Below the pieces are notes generated by a model. That model was not told where the DNA came from. It saw only the letters and a program-made list of their open reading frames with translations, and did not search any database. From Thermoanaerobaculia bacterium (GTDB lineage: Bacteria; Acidobacteriota; Thermoanaerobaculia; Multivoradales; UBA5704), in assembly GCA_044226625.1 (NCBI GenBank), contig JBGAGQ010000002.1:1-64000 (forward strand): a DNA stretch of 64,000 nucleotides. Reading direction: 5' to 3'. The translations under genes and the position numbers were made by a program. The number at the start of each line of letters is the position of its first letter. Position 1 is the first letter of the stretch. Of this stretch, positions 29,415 to 39,626 are shown one piece after another.

Positions 29415-29765
29415 CTACAGGTCGTGACCTTCCCTGGCGACAGGCACCGAAGGTGTAGGGGCCTTGCCGTTTGGGTCGATATAAGAGCCTTCCTGGCTGA
29501 ATAGACCCCTAGTCCGGGGCGTCAGCGGCTGAGTCTGGGCAGGCCTTCCATTGGGGTCAATGTACGCCCCTTCAAAGCCAAACAGCCCCGCAATCCTCGC
29601 GATCGGTCCGCTCAACCAGCGGCCCCAACCGACTTCACCCGGCATGGCGTGGGCGGGGGAGGCGGCGAGGGTACAGACCGCTGCGAAGGCGAAAGCGGCC
29701 GCGAATCGAAGAGGTTTGCGGTAGCTCGGACGGTTCCTGCGATCGCTTCTGGATGAATGGGGCAC
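29415..29765 (-). CDS. Small secreted precursor (116 aa) with two GLFxxEGxYIDPNG repeats
   Basis: Strong RBS GAGGAGG, then GTG 29765. Basic n-region plus hydrophobic h-region ending SPAHA. Repeats at 29547-29588 and 29466-29507. Confidence 0.75.
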   Translation of the reverse strand: MPHSSRSDRRNRPSYRKPLRFAAAFAFAAVCTLAASPAHAMPGEVGWGRWLSGPIARIAGLFGFEGAYIDPNGRPAQTQPLTPRTRGLFSQEGSYIDPNGKAPTPSVPVAREGHDL

Positions 29766-30000
29766 GGGGCTCCTCCTCGGGTCCCGCGGGGCTGCGCGGC
29801 GCCGGTATGGCCCCCGCGCCCGCGGGGGCAACGCACGGGGGCGTTGCGTGCTCTGCCTAGCATGCGCGAAATGCCAAAGATCTTTCACTTTTTCCGCCGG
29901 GGCTCCTGACGGCGGGTGAGATCGGTGTAACCGAGAACGAGAACTTTAGACCATCAAGAGAAAAAGTTTTCAGGATCGGTGTGGTCGTTCATGGCGATTC

Positions 30001-30058
30001 TTGATTGCCGCGCAGTCAATACGCTCTTCCCGCGGGTCGGCTTGAAGTGAAAATCAAG
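30001..30058. promoter_or_regulatory. Palindromic operator-like boxes in divergent AT-rich intergenic region
   Basis: TTGATTGC-CGC-GCAGTCAA (30001-30019) and CTTGA-N8-TCAAG (30041-30058). Confidence 0.45.
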
Positions 30059-30096
30059 GTCATGCCGATAAAGATCAAAATGAGAAAGAAATTCCG

Positions 30097-30125
30097 TTGA
30101 CTTGCGCGAATTCAGGGCCTACGAT
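30097..30125 (+). promoter_or_regulatory. sigma70-type promoter for XRE gene (likely leaderless)
   Basis: TTGACT-N17-TACGAT; ATG 30134 is 8 nt downstream, with no RBS. Confidence 0.65.
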
Positions 30126-30133
30126 CCCGGCCC

Positions 30134-30496
30134 ATGAATCGGTTTAAAAACGATAGCGGACAAGTTAGCGGCGATGCGGTCAAAGCCGACGCGATCCTCG
30201 CGAGACGGCTTGGAACGCGGATTCGCCTGCTTCGAATTGAGGCGGGGTGGTCGCAGGTCGAGCTGGCCGAGCGGCTGGGTGTTTGCCGTGAAATGGCGGC
30301 CCGCTACGAAAAGGGACTGAACTGCCCGCGCATCGATACCCTTCTGCGGCTCTGCTCCCTCTTTGGCGTCCTCCCCGAACGCCTCTTCGTCGGTCTCGTT
30401 CCCGACGTCGTGTCACCCCTCCCCTCGGTCGGGCTCCCTTCCTCTCGACGTGAAACGGCGACCGCCCGGCTCGTGCGCGAAGGGGTGCGCGGATGA
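30134..30496 (+). CDS. XRE/Cro-CI family HTH transcriptional regulator
   Basis: 'LGTRIRLLRIEAGWSQVELAERLGVCREMAARYEKGLNCPRIDTLLRLCSLFGV'. Confidence 0.9.
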   Translation: MNRFKNDSGQVSGDAVKADAILARRLGTRIRLLRIEAGWSQVELAERLGVCREMAARYEKGLNCPRIDTLLRLCSLFGVLPERLFVGLVPDVVSPLPSVGLPSSRRETATARLVREGVRG

Positions 30497-30643
30497 GCGC
30501 CTCGGTCTGGAGGCGAACGTTCGCCTGCCCCTCTTCCAGCCCGAGATCGGGAGCACGGCGCGAAACCCTGACTGTCCTTGAGCTTCACTCGGCCGGTGCC
30601 ACCTTCGGCGCCCGGACCGTTCGCAGTACGAAAGGAGTTCGTC

Positions 30644-31024
30644 ATGACCGAAACGCAGAACCGAAACCCGGGAAGCGCACCCGCCGGCTCGTCGGCGAAA
30701 CCAGCCTTGGCTTCGGCCAGCGCCGGATGGCCGTCGCTCAAGTCCGAGAGGATTCAGCTCGCCCTGCTCGGCCTGCCCGGCTGGCAGCTCGCGGCCGACG
30801 AGCGGTCGATCCGCTTCGCGGTGCGCTACGCCGAGCCGGCGATGGCTCTCGCGTACGCGCAGTTCGCCTTCACCGTCGGGCGCCGGATGGCGCATTTCCC
30901 CGAGCTGCGGTTGGTCGGCGGCTCGCTCGAAATCGTCGCCTGGACGGCGGAGTCGGACGGCGTGACCGAGCAGGACTTGGAGCTCGCCCGGATGCTCTCG
31001 CCGGGAGCCGAGAAACCTTCTTAG
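30644..31024 (+). CDS. Pterin-4a-carbinolamine dehydratase (PCD/DCoH)-fold protein, degenerate
   Basis: AAGGAG RBS; 'LKSERIQLALLGLPGWQL', 'AHFPEL', 'GVTEQDLELARML'. Lacks the canonical HHP histidines. Confidence 0.65.
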   Translation: MTETQNRNPGSAPAGSSAKPALASASAGWPSLKSERIQLALLGLPGWQLAADERSIRFAVRYAEPAMALAYAQFAFTVGRRMAHFPELRLVGGSLEIVAWTAESDGVTEQDLELARMLSPGAEKPS

Positions 31025-31095
31025 CCTCGCCAAATGTTGAGCGGGAAAGGATTTGCGACCGAATGGCCGGGCTCGTCGGGCCGGCGTGGGCCACC

Positions 31096-31368
31096 GATTC
31101 TCCGCCGCCGGTCGGCGATTCTCTCGAGCCCGCCTTCGATTCTTCCGAACCCGACGAGGATTCTCGGGAGGTAGCCGCCGGTTCTCCCGAGAGATTCGTC
31201 GGTTCTCTCGAGCCCGGCGGCGATTCTTGTGGAGCCGACGAGAGTTCTTGTGGAGCCGACGAAGATTCTCTCCCGCCCGGCGTCGTTTCTCCCGCACCCG
31301 ACGCGGTTTCTTCTCTGCCCGACGCGGATTCTTCCGTTTCCGGCGGGGATTCCTTCGAACCCACCGAC
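31096..31368. repeat. Degenerate tandem array, 13 x 21 nt
   Basis: Units begin GATTCT/GGTTCT/GTTTCT/AGTTCT exactly every 21 nt from 31096 to 31348. Confidence 0.85.
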
Positions 31369-31413
31369 GGCGGCGAGCCGCCGTCTCGCGAAAACCTTCA
31401 ACCCGGAGGCATC

Positions 31414-31830
31414 ATGCCGACCTTTACCTTGGCGCAACGCGCCCGCATGTGGGAACAGCTCACCAGCCGGCTGAATCCCGACACGCCCGATCTCGGGCAC
31501 ACCAAGAAGGACCATGCCCTGTTGACCGCCAAGCTGGCGGAAATCAAGGCGATGGACGACGAGCAGGAGGCGCTCCGCGGTCAGCGGGCCTCGACCGTCG
31601 ACCGGCGCCAGATCCTGGAGCTGGAAGCCGGACAGGTCTACAGCCGGCTCGCCTCCGCGCTCAAAGCGCATTTCGGCCCGACCAACGAGCTGCTGCGGGA
31701 ATTCGGTCTCACCCCCCGGCAGAAGGGCCGTAAAGCGATCGCCGCGGAAGCGGCGGCGGAAGTCCCCTCCAACTCGGTCGCCGCGGCGCTCCAAGCGGAG
31801 GCGGCGGCCAAGAGCGCGGCCAAGTCCTGA
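31414..31830 (+). CDS. Hypothetical coiled-coil protein
   Basis: GGAGG RBS; helical 138 aa with 'LKAHFGPTNELLREFGLTP' and a basic/Ala-rich tail; host-like codon usage. Confidence 0.7.
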   Translation: MPTFTLAQRARMWEQLTSRLNPDTPDLGHTKKDHALLTAKLAEIKAMDDEQEALRGQRASTVDRRQILELEAGQVYSRLASALKAHFGPTNELLREFGLTPRQKGRKAIAAEAAAEVPSNSVAAALQAEAAAKSAAKS

Positions 31831-31967
31831 AGTCCTAACCGGGGTCCGCGGCGCGTCGCGGGCTCCGGCGTTGTGGGCTGTTTCCAAGCGCGGAGAGGCA
31901 GGGGAAGCGGAAAAAGGGGAAGCGGGATAAACTTGCCCCTCATCAACCTTGCGCTGAGAACCTGGCC

Positions 31968-32465
31968 ATGAAAGATCTGGAACGACGCTGTCTAGACCTC
32001 CTGAATCTGGTTCTCGATCAGTCGCGTCATCGGCGCAAGGAAGTAGACGACCACGGCGGTTATTGCCGCGGCACGACGAGCCAGATCTTGATGGGAAAGA
32101 TCGAGCTCAAGCTGCGCCACATTCTGGATATCTTGGAGGTCTGCGAAGTCGAGCCCCGCGTCTTCTTTCGCGCGGTGACGGCCGACTTCGATCATTCGGT
32201 GGCGGGGCTTCCCCCGCTGGAGGAGCAGATCCGAGAGGCCGCGCGAAGCTACGGCCTCGATCCGAAAACGGCGATCGCTGAGGCGGATCGCCGCTTAGGG
32301 ACAGGGACGGGTACGGAAATTCCGATCGAGGATCTGGTCGCCATGGTGAGCCGCCACGTCGCTCTCGCGCTCGAAGACAAGCGGGTCGAAGAGGAGAAAG
32401 GGCGCAAGGCATCGAAACGCTCCGCCACGAAACGTGCGCCGATGGCCCGCAAAGCGGGGAAGTAG
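31968..32465 (+). CDS. Putative HTH DNA-binding protein (XRE-like)
   Basis: 'RRKEVDDHGGYCRGTTSQILMGKIELKLRHILDILEVCEVEPRVFF' matches the HTH_3-like pattern. Confidence 0.65.
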   Translation: MKDLERRCLDLLNLVLDQSRHRRKEVDDHGGYCRGTTSQILMGKIELKLRHILDILEVCEVEPRVFFRAVTADFDHSVAGLPPLEEQIREAARSYGLDPKTAIAEADRRLGTGTGTEIPIEDLVAMVSRHVALALEDKRVEEEKGRKASKRSATKRAPMARKAGK

Positions 32466-32474
32466 GATCACGCG

Positions 32475-32951
32475 ATGTCTACGGCACCTCCGGCATTCGA
32501 AAAGCGGCGCGTCGACGGCTTCATCGTGACGACCGATCCCGGGCGCTTCGACCTCGACGCAATCCACGGTTTTCTCTCCGGCTCCTATTGGGCGGAAGGG
32601 ATTCCGCGCGAAACGGTCGCGGCTTCGATCCGTGGCTCGCTCGGCTTTGGGCTGTTCGATCCGGAGGGGCGGCAGGTGGGCTTCGCCCGGGCGATCACGG
32701 ACGGGGCGACGTTCGCCTATCTGGCCGACGTCTACGTTCTCGAAGAGCTGCGCGGGCGTGGGCTCGGGACCTTTCTCATGGAGTGCGTGATGGAGCATCC
32801 GTCGCTTCAAGGGCTCCGCCGATGGGCGCTCGTCACCCGGGACGCTCATGCGCTGTACCGGCGATTTGGCTTCTCGGACCTGGCGCGCCCCGAGGGGTGG
32901 ATGGAGATCGCGCGGCCGGGCATTTACCGGCGCGAGGGGGGCGAGCGATGA
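32475..32951 (+). CDS. GNAT family N-acetyltransferase
   Basis: 'QVGFARAITD', 'YLADVYVLEELRGRGLG', 'DAHALYRRFGF'. Confidence 0.92.
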   Translation: MSTAPPAFEKRRVDGFIVTTDPGRFDLDAIHGFLSGSYWAEGIPRETVAASIRGSLGFGLFDPEGRQVGFARAITDGATFAYLADVYVLEELRGRGLGTFLMECVMEHPSLQGLRRWALVTRDAHALYRRFGFSDLARPEGWMEIARPGIYRREGGER

Positions 32952-33556
32952 GGGTCCTCGAACCGGTCGTCCTGCGCGGCCGCTCGATTCGCCTCGAGCC
33001 GCTGACTCTCGACCACGCCCCGGCACTCTTCCGGCATGCGAGCGCGGAGATCTTCGAGTGGATGATCGATTGGCCGCTCGACGAGAGCTACGAGGCGTAC
33101 CTCGAATGGGAGCGCCGGGGGCTCGAGATCCCGAGCTCGCTGCTGTTCGCGATGGTGCTCGAAGCGACCGGCGAGCCGATCGGCTCGACCGCCTTCCTGG
33201 ACGCGCGCCCGTCGAACCGGGCGATCGAGATCGGCCGCACGTGGATCGGCAAGGACCGCCAGGGCGCGAGCGCGAACCCGGAGAGCAAGCTCCTCCTGCT
33301 CACTCACGCTTTCGAGACGTACGGCGCGCTCCGGGTCCAGATGAAGACGGATTCCCGCAATCTCCATAGCCAGCGCGCGATCGCCAAGCTGGGCGCGGTC
33401 CGGGAAGGGACTCTCCGGAACTACCAGATCCGTGCCGACGACACGCCGCGCGACACGGTGATGTACTCGGTCACCGCGGCGGAATGGCCCGCGGTGAAGG
33501 CCGGGCTCGAACGGCGCGTTTCGACCCTCGCGAGAGCCGGTTCGGCCGCGGAGTAG
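32948..33556 (+). CDS. GNAT N-acetyltransferase, RimJ/RimL-like
   Basis: ATGA overlap; 'IEIGRTW', 'ESKLLLLTHAFE', 'TDSRNLHSQRAIAKLGAVREG'. Confidence 0.9.
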   Translation: MRVLEPVVLRGRSIRLEPLTLDHAPALFRHASAEIFEWMIDWPLDESYEAYLEWERRGLEIPSSLLFAMVLEATGEPIGSTAFLDARPSNRAIEIGRTWIGKDRQGASANPESKLLLLTHAFETYGALRVQMKTDSRNLHSQRAIAKLGAVREGTLRNYQIRADDTPRDTVMYSVTAAEWPAVKAGLERRVSTLARAGSAAE

Positions 33557-33612
33557 TACCGCTCGAATCTCCCTCCGCCTACCGTCGTGCACCCCGGCTA
33601 GAATAGGCGCCC

Positions 33613-35303
<1,691 letters not shown>

Positions 35304-35307
<4 letters not shown>

Positions 35308-38300
35308 GGCGGTCGCCCGCGAGCGCGGTCCGTTTCGTCCTTCTCTTCGTGGGCCTCGCCGCCCCGCTCCTTCCTCCTTTCGTCGCGGCGTTGGTGCTCG
35401 GCGTTCTCGCCGCGGGGGGCCTCCTCGCTCTCCGGCCGCCGGCCCGGGAGCGGTGGATCAGTCTCGCCGCCTCCGCGCTCGCGGTCTCCGCTCTGGTCTG
35501 GCAAGGATGGATCGACCGTGGCGCCGACCTGCCGGACGAGGCGGTGCGCGCCCGGGCGTCGCGGGCGTTCGCGCGGCTGTTCGAGGACCTAGACCGGGAA
35601 GCGACGGAGGCGGTCGGATCGCTCGTGGGGGCGGACACCGACGCCCGGCGCTTCGCCGCCCTCGCCGCCCTGGCGCGTCGCGAGGCGGGGTGGCGCGGCG
35701 AGCTCGAGCGCGCCCTGGGGGGCTGGGACAAGGGGCGCCGATCGATTCTACTGCTCGATCCCGACGGACAGGCGGTCGCCTGGGCGGGGGACGGGCTGCT
35801 GCACGAGCTCGCGCCGGAGGCCTATCCGAGACGCGGACGCCGCGCGGCGGCGAGCTTCGGCTCGGCCACTCTCTTCTCGATCCTGCCGCTCGACGGCGCG
35901 TCGCGGCCTTGGCGCGTGGTGGTCGGCGCGAGCTTCCCGACAGACGAGCTGCCGTTCCACCGCTCCTGGCGAGAGCGGCGGTGGGCAGTGATCGGCGCGG
36001 ACACGTCCGTTTCGAGAGAGCGCGCCACGCCGCTCGAATTGCCGACCGGATCGCCTCACCTCGCGATGGAGCTCGCGGGCTCGAGCCACGTGCCCTCGCC
36101 GCGTCACGGGCTCTCGCCCGGCGCGCGGATCGCCTGGGGGGCGATCGGCCTTTCGATCCTGGCGCTCGCCGTGCTGCGCAGTTCGGGTCGGGCGCTGCCG
36201 AGCGCGACCGCGGCGATCGAGATCTCGCGCCGTCCGGTGGTTCCGCTCGCGCTCGGCGGCGCGCTCGCCCTGGCGGCGGCGGCGGGCGCCGACCGCACGG
36301 CGATCGCGCTCCTGGCCGTGGGACTGCTGGCGGCGACGCTCGGCTTGGCGCTCGGTGCGAGACGAAGTCCGCCGTCCCCGCTCGTCCTCGAGTGGAACCG
36401 TCAAGTACCCGGTCTGCCTCGATTCGTCGGGGCTCTCGCCGGAGCGGCGAGCGTCTTTCTACTCATCGTCGCGGCGCTCCTCGCGCAACGCTACGCCGGG
36501 CCGATGGAGCTCGGGACGAGCCTGCTCGGAGGCGCGAGCTCCACCTCCTGGCGCGTCGCCCTGGCGCTCGCCACGCTCGGCCTCCTCTTCGCCGCGGGTC
36601 GGCTCGCGGCGGGCGGGCCGGAGCGCCAGCGCTGGGGGTGGATCGCCTTCGCTCTCGCGCTCGCGAGCGGCGCGGCGGCGGATTCCGCGGGACTCGCCGT
36701 TCCCGGCCTCGCCGCGGCGGGGGCCGCCGCCGCGCTGTGGGCGGGACCGCGGGGCGGCGCCCGCGGCGACTCGAGAGGGGATGACGGACGGCCGCGATGG
36801 GGAGCGCTCGCGGGGCTCGTCGCCCTGTCCGCCTTGATCGCGGGCGGCGTCGGGGAGGTCGCCCATCGCGCGCGCCAGCGCGCCCAGCTCGGCGACGAGC
36901 TGCCGGCCCGCCTCGCACCGCCACGTCCCGCGGAGATCTCGGCGCTCCGGCGCCGGATCGAGGAAGAATTGCGCTCGGCCGACCTCGATCGTCTCGCCCT
37001 CTCCGGCCCCTCGCGTCTCGAACGGGAAGATCTCGCCTTCGCGCTCTGGCGCAGTTCGCCGCTCGCGCGGCGCGGCGCTCTTTCAGCCCTCTCGATCGAG
37101 CCGCTCGACCGCTCGCCCAGGTCGGTCTTCGCGTTCGGTCTGCCCCTCGACGGGGATCAGCGCCTCGATCGGTCGAGCGAACGGTGGCGCTCGCTCGATC
37201 TTCCACCCTGGCGAGAGAGCCTGATCGAAGGAGAGGTGAAACTCTCCTGGGGGGGGACGCGCTGGGCCCGGGCGCGCTATACGTTCCTGCCGCGCCCCGG
37301 CTTCGAGCGAGCCGACGAACGGCCGCTCGGAGAGATCGACGCCGGCTTGCTGCGCGGCGGCCCCGCCGCGGCGACGGTCGCCCACCTTCCCGCGCCGGTC
37401 GAGTTCGCTCTCTACGACGCGAGCGGCAAGGCGCTGGTTTCTCCCTGGGATTCCTCGCCTCCTCTGCCCGTTCCGTTGCGCGCCGCCCACGAGACGCTCG
37501 CGCCGCGCGTCGCGACGCCCCGCGGCCCCGCGCTCGGTTTGGTCCGACCGGCGGACGGCCGGGCCGGCGGTTGGTCGGTCCTCTATCTTCCCCGGCTCGG
37601 CCCGGCGGCGGCGCTCGAACGGGTGGGCAACGCCGCAGTCGGCGTGCTGCTCCTTTTCGCGGGCGCGGGGTTGATCGCCCTCGTCGTAGTCCTGCCGCGT
37701 GCCGCGGTGCGGGAGCTCCTGGCGCGCACGGTGCGGTCGTATTCGCGCCGGCTGCTTCTGGTTTACGGCGTCCTCCTGCTCCTGCCCCTCGTTCTGTTGA
37801 ACGCCGTGCTCGTGCAGGGGGTCGAGCGGCGCCTCGCCGAGCAGCAACGGGCGGCAGGAGAAGCCGCGCTAGCGTCGGCCCAAAGCCTCCTCGCCGAGGT
37901 GCTCGCCTCGCTCGCGACCGGCTTTTCGGTCGAGACGACGCTCGACGACCGCCAGCTCGGCCGCATCGCGGGCCTGGTCCATCACGAGGTGAACCTCTAT
38001 TGGGTGGCCAAGGTTTACGCCTCGAGCAAGCATGAGCTGTTCACGGCCGGCCTCTTGCCGGAGCGCATCCCGGGCGACATCTACGCCGCGCTCGCGCTCG
38101 GCGGGGACGGGGTTTCGTCGCGCGTCAACCGAGCGTCGGGCAGCGCCCAATACCTGGAGATCTACGCCCCGGTCCGGCCGCCCGGCGGCACGGCGGCGGC
38201 TGCGCCGCGTCTCTTCCTCTCCGCGCCGCTGCTGGCCCAGCAGGAAGAGGCCGCGGCAGAGGTCGAACGGCTGCGGCGACGCGCGCTGCTGGTCACCGCG

Positions 38301-39626
38301 GCGCTGATCGGCCTGATGATCGCCGTCGGCTCCCGCCTAGCTCAAAGTTTCACCCACCCGATTCGCGAGCTGGTAGCCGGCACCGCGCGCATCGCGGCCG
38401 GGGCGCCCACGCTCGGTTACGCCCCGGCGGAGCTTGAGCTCGCGGCGCTCGCTCGGGCGATCGACGAGATGGCGCGCCGGATCGCCGAAGCGCGCGAAGG
38501 CCTCGTGCGGGAAAAACAGGTGGTCGAGCGGATGATCGAAAACATCACCTCGGGCGTGGTGTCCCTCGACTCGGCGGGACGGGTCTTGCTGCACAACCGG
38601 GTGGCGGCGGACCTTCTGGGCGTCGCCGTGGGGGAGCGGCTCGAGCGCTCGCTCCGCGCCGAACGGCTGGCGCCGGTGCGCGCGTTCCTACGCGAGACCC
38701 GGGTGGGCGAGGCGGCGCGGCGGACGATCCGGTTGGCGCCTCCGCCGGCCGCGCCTTCGCCCGTTGGGGCCGACGAGCGGACGCCGCGCGATCCGTCGTC
38801 CGCCGGCACCGCCGACGCGACAGGCGAGCGCGAATGGACGATCCTTCGCGTTCCGGTGCCCGGCCTCGGCGAGCCGACCGAGCTGCTCGTCGTGGAGGAC
38901 GCGACCGAGGAGCTGCGTGCCCAGCGACTGCTCGCCTGGGCCGAGATGGCCCGAATCATCGCCCACGAGATCAAGAACCCGCTGACGCCGATCCGCCTTT
39001 CGACCGAGCACCTGCGCGAGGTCTGGCGCCGCGATCCCGACCATTTCGAGCCGGTGTTCGAGCGCTGCACCACGAACATCCTCGCCCAGGTGGACGAGCT
39101 GCGGCAGATCGCCCTGGAGTTTTCGACCTACAGCTCGATCCCGCGCATCGATCCGTCGCCGGCCGACCTCGTCGCCGCGATGGGGGAGCTGATCGAGGGG
39201 TACCGAGCGGCGCCGCCGCCAGGGGTCGAGGTGGTGTTCGATCCGCGCGTTCCGAGCCTACCTGCGCGCGTCGACTCGCGGCTGCTCGGTCGGGCGGTGC
39301 GCAACCTGATCGAGAACGCGATCCGCGCCTCGGCGGGAGGGGGGAAGGTGACGCTGCGGCTCGAGGCCGAGAGCTCGCGGACGGGGCCGCAAGCGAAGAT
39401 CGCCGTGCTGGACGAAGGGTCGGGGGTGGAACCGGATCTTCTGCCGCGGATCTTCGATCCGTATTTCTCCACCCACGACACCGGCACCGGGCTCGGTTTG
39501 CCGATCGCCCGCCGGATCGCCGAGGAGCACGGCGGCGAGATCGCGGCGCGGAACCGCCACGATCCTTCCGGCAATCGGTGTGGCCTCGAGGTCGTGATCA
39601 CCCTTCCCGCGTCGACTGCGGACTGA
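35304..39626 (+). CDS. Very large multi-membrane-spanning sensor histidine kinase (NtrY-like HAMP-PAS-HisKA-HATPase)
   Basis: H-box '[12 protein letters not shown]', N-box 'NLIENA', 'DEGSGV', 'IFDPYFST...GTGLGL'. GTG start overlaps the hutU stop. Confidence 0.88.

Noticed and set aside
29810-29829. GC hairpin GCCCCCGCG-CC-CGCGGGGGC upstream of the DPNG peptide gene
   Set aside because: No U-tract and common by chance at this GC content; not called as a terminator or riboswitch.
31096-31368. Possible CRISPR array
   Set aside because: Period is only 21 nt, there is no conserved 23-47-nt repeat with unique spacers, and no cas genes are present.
29415-32465. Prophage or ICE
   Set aside because: XRE/HTH genes are present, but I saw no integrase, terminase, capsid, relaxase or att-like repeat.
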